Shown here in pieces: positions 1 to 14,400 of a stretch of 64,000 nt of DNA. The stretch spans positions 7,316,001-7,380,000 of the forward strand of contig NC_135257.1 in NCBI RefSeq assembly GCF_964204865.1. Reading direction: 5' to 3'. A program made the translations under genes and the position numbers. This stretch comes from Styela clava (Eukaryota). A model generated the notes under the pieces. It saw nothing but the letters and a program-made list of their open reading frames with translations, was not told the origin of the DNA and made no database searches. Position 1 is the stretch's first letter, and each line of letters starts with the position of its first letter.

Positions 1-2423
1 TATCTTATAGCTTTATTTAGATTCTTTTAAAAATCTTGGGTTAATTAAGTACATATGCAGTTTCTGTGAAAATTTTTAATCTGACTCGCTCTTTTCAAAA
101 ATCTGAACTTGATACTCCGACGAGTTCAGCACTTCGACTCCGACGCCAACATCAAACTCCGGATTGGTATAATAAAACACGATTGAAAAACATTTTTAGC
201 TGTAGAGTCCGACTCAACAGCTCTGATTATATTCATGACAGTACTTTCGGCTTCTTCGTATCGTGCTCGCTGGCGACAGCAATCTCCAGCCTACATCTTG
301 TGTGTGTCGGTTTGTCAGCGACTCTCAATTTTGTGTCGTTGAGTGGGTAATTCAGCTATTTTTGGCGATATGTTCACCCCTATTTAATTTGTATTGAAAA
401 ATTTCCGATTCAATGCAGCATTGACTCAAAAGAGTACCGTCTATAATATTTTTCAATTAAATAAAATTATTCTGTTATTTTCAGTTTTTTGAATGTGATT
501 ATATACACCGTTCGTGACAAGAGTTTCAGAAAAGCTTGCAGGAATGAGTTTCCAAGAATTTTCAGAAAAAAGAAAAACAATGTAAACATGCGCAGAAAAA
601 TTGAAATCAATTCTACAAGCTCAAATGTATTATGAAGCATTTCCTCGGAAGCACCATGAATACATTCATCACTGATGATATAAATGCATGGAAAAGACAG
701 CAAATGATGTGACTATAGTATCGTTAATGCCGATCCCGGAATCTGTTATAATATCTGCAAGTAGGCCTACAACAACTGCATCAAACTACAATCGCCATGG
801 ATGTATTTTACGTAACTTTGATGATGAGTATGTCTCCAACTATTGCTTTTACATAAAACATAATTATCCAAACATAACAATTCCATTAATAATGCCACAA
901 AATGACATCGAGTACAACAACTTGTATCTTCAATCCAGTTTTTCATAAATATACAGTAGTTAAATAACATGACAGCGAATGAAAACATTACTCCATTGAG
1001 TTTTAAAACGATCTTAGTAAACGGTATTCTGCCAACCATTCATTCAACTTTGTGGATATCCAATTTATGTAAAAGTGTTTACTCAGTTATTTCTTTGTTA
1101 GAATTGACAAATAAAGTTTCTGATTCTGATGAGTTTTTTATTTGGTTATTTAAATTTTCGTGAAGAAGTACAATTACAAATTTTAATTTGTTGATGGTTT
1201 ATGAACTATTTGTTTTATTATAATGTGAACCCACAATGTACTATTATTTGAAAGTTTTTCTTCTTTCCTTCATTATGAGACTAAATAAAAAATAGACACA
1301 ACAAAATATTCTGTAAATTTCTGAATAATTTATTGCTGACAGTATTATTATTTTACAAATTCGTTTGACGATCAAAAAAAAAATTACAAATAGGAATCAT
1401 AGTTATTACATTTCTATTCTGCAAGAATGCTTCCTGTACTTGGTCAATCATGCCTTGAATATCCATAATGTTATGAAAGGTTAAGCACAAAATTAGTTCA
1501 AAAATAAACTGAAATATAAAGTGAGCAATATGAAGAAAAAAAGTCTGAGTATGGAAAAGATGAATAATAGTGAATAGCAATGGAAAGATAGGGTAAATAA
1601 TAATAAGAAAGAAAAGTTATACCAGTACATTTGAATAAACCATTCAAAACTGTTTCTAAATTAGGTACAATATTTATCATAAAATAATAATTTTCTAAAA
1701 TGAAATGAAAACCACACTTATGTCCATAAATGAAAATGTAAAGATATTTTGAAATTTAAAACAACATCATTTTACATTCCATGGATATATATTCCTTATC
1801 AACTCGTATTTCTTGAAACCGAAAATTCATATATTCTGGGTATGCATTTGATTAAATATCGATAAACCATTATGTTTGTTTGACAAAGTGGAAACTTCAA
1901 TATTTAATCTAAAAAACAATTTTAAACTTTTTATATCGTCTCGAAGTAATCAATATTCACATTTCTTACTACATACGTGATAATGTTGAAATTATATTTG
2001 ACAACATACAAGAAGTTCATACATGTATCAACTTCAATCCTATATCAATGCCCATGACGCCCTAATAAAAAAGCAGTTTTATCGTCACAAGTTGCAACGT
2101 TGATAACCTTAACAAGATGTAGTATTGCTCTATCTTCGTGTGTAGCAAATTGTCTTTCTGATCCCATGGGAGCAATATTCAACATTTTTTTTATCATATA
2201 TTATTTTCTATTTAGTACATTCGTCAGATTCTGAATATAAGTTTTAACTGGCAAAATGGAATAACAGAAAACATTGTGTGATAGGAGCACAGTCTTGTAC
2301 ATATTTCACAGTTAGTGCCTTGTATACCTCTTCGATACAACATCCAGATCGCCTGCGACCTCCTTTCTCTTTATACCATCCGTTGTACTACTACATAAAA
2401 CATGCTGGTATATTACAATTACA

Positions 2424-5400
2424 TCATTGTATGACGACCCTCGATGTGTCAATGGTAGCTTTTATGAAAAGCGTATTATTCTTGATGTAATTGTTGTCTT
2501 TCAGGTCTTTGTGTGTAACAAACTTTGGATAACCAAATCCGAGATTAGAACCGTCGACATCGGAATCTTTTCGACGAATTTCTGGATCTTGGAAGTTTTT
2601 CCAGTTTGGATCAGGAGTGAATGTTACATTTATATGACTGCGTTTAGAGGAAAGTGGATCTCCCTGCAAGTATAAAATACAAAGTACATGAGATTGGCGT
2701 TTAAAATGGAAAAGTACAATCAATATGGTTTAGCTTGGTATATGCAAGAAAAGTAGACGAGTATTTGAATAACTGGTTAATTCAATTTATTACAGTATAA
2801 TATGAATGGATCCACATTAAATTCAAAACTTATGCCAAATTTTACAGCACGTTGATTAGATTTTGTAAAAATCACTAGAAAATGTTATAGGAAACATACA
2901 AAAAAAGAAAACCCATAAGAAGACAATATTTTGGCTACGTCATGTCAGAAAGTAATATTCATTGAAGAATCAGCACACGTCAAGCCAATTGTTAAGCACG
3001 TTCCATGTAAATCTCCTCACTATTAATAAAGCTACTTAGCTAAATTTACAAATTTACCTGATCAAGTATTGTGAATGTAATATCATGAGAAAACGGCCAT
3101 TCCAAGAGAGAATCGTATTCTCCATTCAGAACTCGAACATACAAAGACAAGTGCGATCCGTGACCGCCACCATTGCCATTGAGAAAGGCTGATAACTGAA
3201 GTTTATAGCCGTGTCTGTGGGTGTAAAACGGCGGGCTGATCAGCTCAGCTTCTGCTTGGTCTTTTTGAGCTTGCTGGAGAGATTTTGTATATTCTGGTAT
3301 TCTCCACAATAATACACCGTTGTGGCTAACAGTTAAATCGCTGACCTGAAAGACAAAAATACAGGTTTAATTATAATATATTGGAACAAAACTCACAAAA
3401 TTTCTTCATCAATAATTGGTAAATGCGGGCGGGCATATATCAGTAGGGATATGCAAGTATGTATGCACAAATAAATAATCAGTTGGAAGAAAATTCCAAA
3501 CCTGTGTGTACACTCTTATATACTGTATATGCGAAACATTATGTTTCTCAACCATTCGGAAAAATGTAAAATAGTGAATGGTGTTGTATTTTACTCAGTG
3601 AAATTGCAATTATATATATTTTGCGAAATAGTAGAACCACTTGGATAATTCTGAATCGATATTATTTACAATGCAAAATCATTTAACATTAAGCAATATG
3701 TATGTGTACAATAGACATCAGTATAAATCAACACCCATGTTGAGTTTTTAACATCAGAAATTTGCATTTAACGCCCCCCTGTGCATCTGGATTCTTTTGC
3801 CGGCAATAGAAACATATTTGCATATACAAACCTGTTTTTGTAAGGTTTCGATTTGTCTCTTCTGTGTTCTTACAAGTTCAAACATAGTTCTCATGTGCAC
3901 GTTCTGATTTTCTGTTAAATGTCTATCGAGATGATAGCGAGGACACTAAAAAATATATAAAAATAAAAAAGATAAATTTAAATAATAAAGATAAAATTTA
4001 TAAAGATAAACAAATGAAGAATAGGATAAATCTCTCATTTTTGGACACGAAAGAGACCTATGGATCGTTTTCTTATTACGTCGTCGTTGTTGTCGTGATT
4101 GTTGATAATTTTCTTATTGTTGCTGTGAAAAAATCGCTTTTTCCATCAATTACTGGGTGAACATCCATTTATTTATTACTGCTTTGAAAGATGGTGTTGT
4201 CGCTAGTTTTCTAAATATGGAAATGGAAGCAAATAACAACTCAGCAAATCACATAAAAGCTTATACCCAGAAATTGTAAGTTACGCAAAGAATGGCAGTG
4301 GGTGTTCAGTTTTGTACATTATGATAAAATTTATATAAAAGAGGGTTGCATAATAGTTTAACCTTTCCTTAGCCAAATTGTCACCTATTGCATAAGATGA
4401 CAAAATATAATTACACCGATGACAAACCGAACCGAAGATAAGATCGTGGGAATATTTTTCATAATATGAAATAAAATAAAGAATTTTACACCGCACAATC
4501 CGCACTGTATGTAGTACAAATTTATGATATAGGATTTTATTAAAAGTTTATATTATTCTAAAGACCTAAACTAATTAACGATTGCATCATTGGGATCAGA
4601 TTCTTATCAGCATGTCGCCTCGCCTACCACAAACAAAAATGTTATGAGAAACTTATATTTTACCAGTGGACTGATTACCACTAAAACTAAGAAATAGGTG
4701 ATTGACACGACAGTCCTCCAGGGCTGGTCGGCGAGTAGTAATTTGTTCATTTATACGCACCGCACATGTTTGGTCAATACATGGCTCACGCTGATAGATA
4801 ACTGTTTGTGATTTCTATTCACCAATTTTTCAATGTATCAAATATAAAACAGAAAATATTAGTACATGCCGATGAATTACGCTGGTCAGCGCTAGGATCA
4901 ACCTATATGTACGTATATCACTGGTGTTTTTTATCGTTATCTATACAACGTCTATGCCATTTGTAGTATGCAATTACTAGTAGTTTTGTTAAATTTTACC
5001 AATATTTTTGACTTCTTTTAAACTCTTAACTCCTTTAAAAATGTATTATCTATTATCAGCAACATGGGCAAATTTAGCAATATTTTCCGCTTGATACTGT
5101 TGACTGACCCTTTAATTAGGTTTTAAGATACACAAAAGAGCGTTGAAATTATCTTTCGATAATGCATATTTCTGTTGGATATTCGCAGCTGGCTAATGGG
5201 TTACTTCATTCGCATGTTAAGTACATTTTTTCGTGGTAACGATTTTGAAAACGCAGATAGTGAAAAATATTTTGAAGACTGGCTATGAATGACAAACCTC
5301 ATCCAAACAAGTCTGTATAGGAAGACAATTGGGCTCGATACCAGAATGGTCAACCTGGTACCCATAAAAGAAATACATCATCACACTTCATTTAAACACC

Positions 5401-8400
5401 TTCAACCGCCATAGAAGTAGGCCATTCGATTATATGTGATATTTCTTTTAAGTTCCCTCGCAAAAAGTAACTGTTATAATTAATTAACGAATAGAGCACG
5501 CGACAGGTTAAACCACTAATTACAATTGAAGCACGCTTAACGCAGACCTAAGAATGGGAATTGTAGACATTCCGACCATAAAATGAGTCTTAGGAACAAT
5601 TAGGTGTGTTGCAGGCGTCAAGACCACGAGAAGGAATCAGTAGAAAGAACTTCACGTACTTCTCGTGATAATACAAGTCTTTAAAGTCGTTCATGACTCA
5701 ACGCTTAAATCACCAAGCCATTCTTATGCGCAGAATTGCGGTCGATAAAAAATAACCGTCGATAATCTGGGCGACGATTATTGTTGATACAGGGAAACCG
5801 CTGTATAAAAATATTAAATTCCTTATTATTCCAATATCTAGATTTGTTTACATTTTACATTCGAAACCGTTTGATAAGAATCCTATCATAATAAAAACAA
5901 AACTCTCTTGAGTATATTATTAATAATGTAATTTGCAAGGCTGAACAAATATGGGCGCTTGAAGATCGTCCTTGTATTTGGTATTTTATCCATCTATCAT
6001 ACTTGTATTCAGTATTTCAGCAATATCTACAGGTTATAGGTGGTAAGGTGGGCGTCACGTTTATGTATTCTGGCAGACGACCCCTAACGAAGCAGCTTCC
6101 TACAATAATACTGTCGCAAATAAAGTTTATTTTCGCTCACTAACTTTAAGGTTTTGAGGGGGGCACAGGGATACAAAGTTGTCTTTTTATTGGTTAAAGA
6201 TATTTCCAATTACTTGTCGACGTTTATGCTACTTGTTCCAGCTTTTACCACGTTCACTAGCTAGCGGAAATAGTTTCGCTACAGCGAAATTGGGAACCAT
6301 AACAAAGAAATAGCGATTTTTTTATCAAGATAGCGCAGACCGACAACAAAGAACACCACCCCCGCTTGCTCTCACCACTACTGTTTAATTACAAATTTAT
6401 GTCCCGGAAAGAAACAATGCCAAATGATGACAATTTTAGCACTAACGGGCCAGAATGTTTTCGGCTGTTACAAGGTTACAGAAAAGTCGACGACATTTGA
6501 CAAATTAAGCCTACAATAAAGGCGTTTTAAGTTGAACTTTAAACAACTCAAAATTACCACATCATGATTCTTGAAATCAAGAACGACAGCTTAAAAACGA
6601 ATATAGGTCAAACCTCAAAATTAATATTTATTAATGTCGAGAGGGCACCATTTTGGATGTAAATATTTCGCTTTGGCATAGGGCATTTTTAATCGACGTT
6701 TGTAAAACGATGGCAAGCGATCGTTTACGTGACACTAAAGAACAAAGTTCGAAGGTTAATCTTCAAAGCGCTACCGGTTACAGAATTTAACTGTTGTGAG
6801 GTCAAAACGGGAATAGCGAAAGCTGGAGAACGATTTCTAAAAAAGTTTCACAGTTTGGGCAAACATCACCAGGTTTATTGACATGTGCTGACTGCAATTG
6901 TGATAGCCTAGAGAGATCTGACCGAAAAATGCGTTTCACCACATGATTGGTCAGATATCTATTTATACAACAAATACCACATAGTGTAGGCGATCGGGTA
7001 TGACCTACGAATATTTGAATAGATTTTTTTCAATAACTTTCAAAATCTATCCAGAATTGAACATAGTAAAATACATAATAGATATGTTGAAATCAGACTA
7101 GGGTCTTTTGAAAAGTATATCCATTGAATTTGATCAAGTTTGGCTCTGCCGAATTAATATATACCTAAACCGACAAGTCGTTGTTTTGAGAGCGTAGGGA
7201 AACTCACTTGAAATGTGCTCTATGGTGCTTGAAAAGTACGTGTGACCAAGTGGTATTGGATAATGATTATCCGCATAGTATATGAACTACTTACTATTTT
7301 GCTATTGTTAATAGTATAAATAATGATTTTAATAGTGACAGGAAACGTTCAAATCCTAGAATTGTCTGTTTGAGATAAATTGAATATTATTGAAAAATTT
7401 ATTAAAGGTCCAAAAAACGGATATTGGTGTTTTTTTCTGATGATTGATTATAAATGGATCTTCTACAAAGACAAGCAGAACGTGGAACGTCTTAAAACGC
7501 CAAAGCGTGCCAATCCAAAACAAACCTATTTAGTGAGAGATTCAAGGAATGTGTTCAATTTTTTAGATTTTAAAACCCATTTTGGTGGCGCTCATTCACT
7601 TTCAAGTTACAGCACATGAAATATTTGTGACAATGTTTTGGTTACTCCAAACTCTTGAAAATGTAATTAACTACGTACAATCGGCGTCAATAGGGCAAAT
7701 GCTAACACAGCTGGCGAGCGCCTGCGTGGCAAACAATCCATAATACTACAATCGTATTTCATGACAACTCTGAATAGGTACTGAATTTTTTTATCAAAAA
7801 TTTATGCCTGACCGGATTTGGCCCAATAATATTGCACTAGGAGCAATTTGAACATCGCGTAAACCTCAAAAACTTATCAGCAATAAAGACTGATATGATA
7901 GTGTTTCGTTCAACAAATGAGGTAATAAGATGTTGATGTTAACAAGAAGCTATCCGTGGTACAATCCGTACTAAAATTGAACATTGAATGCCATCGTGAA
8001 GTCTTATGAAGTGGTTATTCTACAATCATAGCGTGATGTAGCGCATCCACTCGACCCAATTATCACACGCCCCTTAAATGTAAAATGCTTTGTTTGATGT
8101 GATTAATAACTTATCCCTCTTGTGACTATAATTAATCTGATTTGAAAAGTGGCGTCATGTTAGATTATGGGTCATCTTAAAGTTTATACATGTAAAGGTT
8201 TTATGCTGATTTGTTAGTGTCGTTTAAATACATGGATTAAATTCTCCAGTGTTTTTGATGAATAATATTGGCACAATGGGTTGGTAACTTGTGTATGGGA
8301 CACAGCTATGTAGCTGAGTGAAGATGTTAATTTATAATCTCTAATTTTGATTGTTATTTATTATTATCAAGGTTTCATCTAGTGAAAGACATAGCTTCAA

Positions 8401-11400
8401 TGAAAACTCCAATTTATATACATTGCTAGCAAACCGAAGTACTGTAGAATTACTTTAGCACAACGTAGTCACTCTCAGAACCTTATTTGTCAATAAAAAT
8501 TGATTATCGCCTTACCTTATGCTTGCATCCGACTTCTTTGTACGGGCATGCTGTAACAGCTGCTTTGCAATGTTCTTTCATGTGGATCTCTAATTCCTCA
8601 CGTGGAATTTTAAGGACATCACAACGATTTGGACAACTGATTGGATAACGAGGGCAATTCCCAAAATGAGTCTGAAATATGAATATACGTTTTAACGTTT
8701 GATAGAATAAAAAGAGTTTGTCATTAAAGTATATACGGTATACATAAATTTCCTCACAAGCAATGTGAAAAATTCCGCAATGTTATCTATATGACATTAC
8801 TGAGGAGTTTTATGTATAGCAATTTGGAAACAAGCTTAATCGTGTGCAACTACAAGTTCCTTATTTCGAGTAAAAGCAACCTTGACTCGGAAGTATTCAC
8901 CTTCAAAATATCAAAATTGAAGTCTTTATCGCAGTGTGGACATTTTGTTGGTCGTTTAGGGCAATCTCCGGTGCTGTGTCTTGCCAGATACTTTCTGAGC
9001 ATTTTAGCTCCGCATTTGTTTTCGCAATGTACGCTTTCCATTGGGCAGTTTCCTTCGTGATCCTCAAGCTATAGAAATAAGAAAAAAGTTTCGTTAATGT
9101 ACATGAGCATATGACAGCTACTTATCCCTACGAAAGATTTATTTTCATGTGTAGCGTACCCAACTTATTACATCATAGACATTTATAATCCCATTTTTTT
9201 CGTGAGACATACATTTTTATAATAGAAATTAAAATTAACGATCGGTTTCCAAGTCATTAGTTAAAGTTGGTTGTGGTTGTTGTGTGTTAGTATTGTAGTG
9301 GTTCGAATACCATTTACGGACCGTTGGCTTTCTTTTTGTGGGCAATTCGACTCGACCGTGGCCTTGAACAAGTATTTAGTATGACGTGACTTCCTCGAAT
9401 TGCTTGATTGACTTTGAAAAGACGATCGAATCAAATTACAAGTTAAAAATGATAGTCAGTGTCAGGGAGTGATGTTTTGGCCTGGTTAAAGTATCCACTT
9501 CATTTTTAAAATCGCTGAACCTGATACAGTAGGTATTCATATAAAATACAGAGAATGGTGTTTCAATCCAGTGTTACACAGTGCTGCACAAATGCACATG
9601 TTTTTAGATGATTCCACGTGATTTTCTAGGGCGAGATATGTAGGTTAACAACTAAGAACGACATACCTGTTCTCCCGAAAAATCCTTCGAACAAAATTCG
9701 CATGTTACTCTTCTCTTCACACACACATATTCCAGATGATCGGCTAATTTTGAAGCTCGCAAGCGAACACCGCATCGATTTGGACAGTCAATTTCACTGT
9801 GACTGCATTTCACGATATGGTTCTAAAACGTAAAATTTTTGAAAAATGAAGATATTGATAAAACGAGTTAAAATAGGGGTTGTTGATAACTATGAGAACT
9901 TTATATAAGAGTATGTGACAATAAAACAGTATAAACTCATTTTGTAATATGGTATTGGAATCTTGGTGAAACCTATACTAAGAATCCAATCCTAATTTTT
10001 ATGCTTCATATAAAACTTTTCACTTGAATCTTTTTCAACTATGTTTGAATTGTGAACCCTTTTCATATGTGGATCGAATGCTACCTGAGGTGCGTAACAA
10101 ACAATAGTTAGTTCACTATACGACACCACAAACGCGTACCTTAAAAATTCACAAAAATCACCTATTTCTTAATTGAAAAATTTGAGTAATCTAATGTTTT
10201 GCCACAAATAACATTCATTGATAATGCACCAAACAGCCAAAGTTTTCCATTTTTATGAACGTGATGGAAAAACTGGGAGAAAATAGAAAACAACTTTAGC
10301 GACAATACAAGGACAGTCTTATGACTGGCGATACATGATGTGCGTTTCTTATATAAAAAGAGAAATGAATTAGGATTTTAATATAGTGACGGCGAATCTA
10401 TATCAAATGACAAACACGATTCAGACAGGGCGGGGGAGTAATACCCGACGATTTGTCACTCCGTCACAAGCTGGCGTCATGTGCGTCACGTAAAATTACG
10501 CAGATTTGACGACTAAAAAACAAAAATATTCTAATTTAAGTATAAATAACAGATATGACATCGCGATTGACTACCTATATTTAGTAGTATCAGTTTACAG
10601 AGCTAATTAATAACTTAGTTTCCAAACATTGGCAACAAATTCACAACACCCTCAACACGTCTATTCCGCATTATTACAAATAGATGACGTCATAAATGTC
10701 CATCCTTAAGGTCATTGCTTTAAAATCTGTTTTTTTTTATAAGAGGCAAAATTTTTATACAAAGGGACTGAGTTTTATTGATAATACATTATTACAAAAA
10801 GAACAATTTCTGTGAAAGATCACACAATGGAGAAGACACAGATTGCCAAGTTCGCTATAAATATTTAATATTTCAATTGTCGGCGAGTGTTTAATGTTAC
10901 CGCAACACGTTCATTAAAATTCCTTCCGTAGAATACATTAAAAAATTATCGTTCGGAGTTATATTGTAGTATGCATGGGCCAAAGTAAACTCGTACTTCA
11001 ATAGCGCGAAATATTCCTGGCCATACTATTGTAGAACAAGACTTGATTATTAAATTAAATTTCTTGAAAATAACCACAAAATCGGCCGACGTCGCTTTGA
11101 TCTGTTTTACACCTGTTATTTGCATTTCAACGCCTTGCTGCTCTTTGCAATTTTGCTATATCCGCACACAAAATTAGATTATTTGAGCCATGAGTTCCAA
11201 TATTAAGAATTCAGCTTTACCAAACTCACGATAATACCATGTTAGTCAGTGAATTACCTAAGAGAGATAGATTAATATGGCATCCTTTATTACGCCTTTA
11301 CTTTGCCAGTTTGGGAAATGTTCTATATTTTTTGAACGTAGCAAGTTTCGAAATTATGAAACATTTCTCGTTGAAGAATACAACTATGTTCCGAAATATT

Positions 11401-14400
11401 GAATAGAATTGTCATTATAATATCCGAGACTGAGTATTTTCCACGATGAGGCGACCGTGTAGACATGAGGCATCCATTGATTGAAGCAATTTTCAAATGC
11501 TAACTACGAATATAGGATTGTTTAGAAACAAAACACCGCATAATTTGACAAGGAAATATGATATGGTTTTGAATTATCATTTACAGCATGGAGTCATATT
11601 TCTAATAACAATGACGCCTCCCAATTCTTCACGTTACACGTTTTGCCTAAACGTAGGTATTTACAATATAATAAAATAGGAAAAGTGCCTTCGAGAATTA
11701 GCGCCAAAATATGAATGATGAAATTTGAACAGACTTCTAATATGGATCAGTGAATTATATATGAATGCAATATATATTGTTCCATTTGATACAATGGTAG
11801 GTTGACAAACAAACTTGGGTCGAGCATGTAATAGAAAATGAGATGTTTACAAAACTTTACAGTCGTCTACTTAACTATGGTCGAAACTGGAAATTCATCT
11901 TAACAAGTTTAATCCAAAAAAGACAAGAAAATCCCAATCTACAGTGTTTGATATTTTCTCAGTAGTAAACCGCCTACTTTGTCTAGTTACTCAAATGCTA
12001 AATACATGGTATTCAAGTTTTGTTGTGGTTTTCACTTGGTATTTTAACATGAAAATTGCTTCCGGAAACCGAATCGGATAAATATTGAGTAGTCAATTGA
12101 AACAATTGCAATAAATAACAGAATGCAGGAAATAGAGAAATGCCGCTGACCAATTATTGAGTTTATAACAGTCCCCTAAACATATGCAGCAAAATGTGTT
12201 TCCCTCATTATAAATATAAATTGTATCGTCAAAATCAAGTTATGGATAATCAAACATTTTTATTGCGGGATTCGCATGTCTAGCACTGTCACTTTAAATT
12301 AAATTCAACTATTTATCAGGGCGTATTGGGCGTTTTGTTAGTAAAATATCTGGTCATTAAATCAAATTATGAAAAGTAATAAACTATCTTACAGAGCAAT
12401 AAATTACAACCGAGGCGATGGATTTCACCTGCAACTTTCAATTCAAGTGGCTTCGTAAAATTGCTAGGGGCAATGAGGTCAATATCGTGGAGTTTCAATA
12501 TGGAAAATACCTTCAAATTGTGCAGTTTCCCCGTCCATTTACATCCGACAGAATAGTTGGAACAATGTGTTGTCAAATTCATGATTTCACCTTCGAGGTC
12601 TGGGTCTGGATAAATCTGAGAATTAAATAAAGAGACACTGATTAAAATGGTGCATTCGCAAAGAAAACTATTTTAAATATTTATTCAAACATTCAAGTGG
12701 GAATTTACTTTGGTTCGTGCATTCGTTTCATTTATTTTATTACAAGGCTTGTTGCAAGCATTACACTTCGGATCTCGAAAAAAATGTCCTTGTCTAATCC
12801 TGTCCTGTCGTTAAAATTACACTTTATTTCGCACGTACAGTAACGAGCTGTTGCTATAGCTTCTCTGTCAATAATATAACTCCCTGTGGAAGCCATTTGA
12901 CAGGCAACACCTTCGATCCGCGGGCAAACTTATAAAATTAATGATTCACATAACCCTTACAGCTTTATGGCTTGTCGTACAAGAGTCGTAAAATCGTGTA
13001 AACTAAATCTTTGGATTTTTACGATGACGTTCGGCATGTGCAACCTAATCTTGGATTAAAAAGATAAAGCTTTTTATCGATTCATCTTTCAGATCTGGTT
13101 GCTACACGTTACAATCACGTGCTTTGTGTATATTGTGCTAGAAAAACACCACTGCTTCTAAACTTGATAGAAAATGGCACCATAACATACTGATAAGCGA
13201 ATTTCCATTCAATTCGTTACTTTTTTCACTAAGTTGGTATGTTTTATTAATCGGTCATTCTGCACACTACGATGCAACACTACCCAAGATATAGGGTATA
13301 TCGCTACAATAACGGTCCTAACACAGACTTGTATTTGACAACAAAATAACTTTCAAATTGCTTAATTTCATTGAGACTTACATTGAAATAAACCACTGAC
13401 ATCTCTCGGTCATTCCTTGCTAAATTAAATTTAAATGGACGTACTTCGAAAGCAAAATATACACTTTATAGGTATTCCAACGAAAAAATAATAATGTCTA
13501 AACAGATTTGAAAACAATTGTGTAGGGCAGTAATTTACACATAAAAAATCTATATTTTGAAACAAATCTCGGTAACCATATGTCGTTACATGAAAAGTGA
13601 CATGCGTTAGGCGATTGTGTTGCAACGGTGTGCCAGGTAATTGCATATCACAGATACCTTGATGTCTCGAGGGACAGGTCTGATAACGCTGTAGAATAAT
13701 TTGACTAAAAACGATTTCCAAAGCGTGATTTGAACTAATAAGGCATATGGCTTACGAGTCCGCAAACTACGTAGCATGTAATGGTATTAAAATTAAAGCA
13801 TCTTCTGTTCAGCCGCAAAATTTCGCTTTTTTAAACATTGCTAACCGTGACGAACTCCTTGAAATTTATGTGAAGTGATGACACGAGTATGCTAAACAGA
13901 TGTAACTCGAAAATTTTTTTCACAATTTTCACCAGTTTTTTTTTTATCAAATTTGCAAATAAAAAATTATTAGGGAAAAGTAATTGAAAGAATAATCGCA
14001 AAACAATATCATTGTTTTATTATTCAAAATGTTTAATAAACATGAGCAAAATCTGATTTATTCGGTGTCGATCAAAACGTCATTATCAATGTATGAATTA
14101 TTCTTTTAATAAAGCCTGCGGGGGTTCAACAATCAAAAAGAAAATGCTTTCATCCTTTCATCATAGGTTGTATTTACCAAGTATGATGGACAGATTAATA
14201 AATCAAAATACCATCACTATCCATAGCAATTCGAAGTAAATCACGAACTAAAACGCAAAAGGTTAGTAACGAAGTATATAACACAAGTTACATTCTGGCA
14301 CAATATGCACCAAATACATGGCGCGTACCCCGTAGTTCAGTTAGGCGAAATGCTTCGCAAAAATAAGCTAAATTTTACGGAATTTTCACAGCGGTAACGA

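Noticed and set aside
6030-7010. Possible old DNA transposon in TRAF4 intron 6
   Set aside because: Composition differs slightly, but I could not identify matching TIRs or a TSD.
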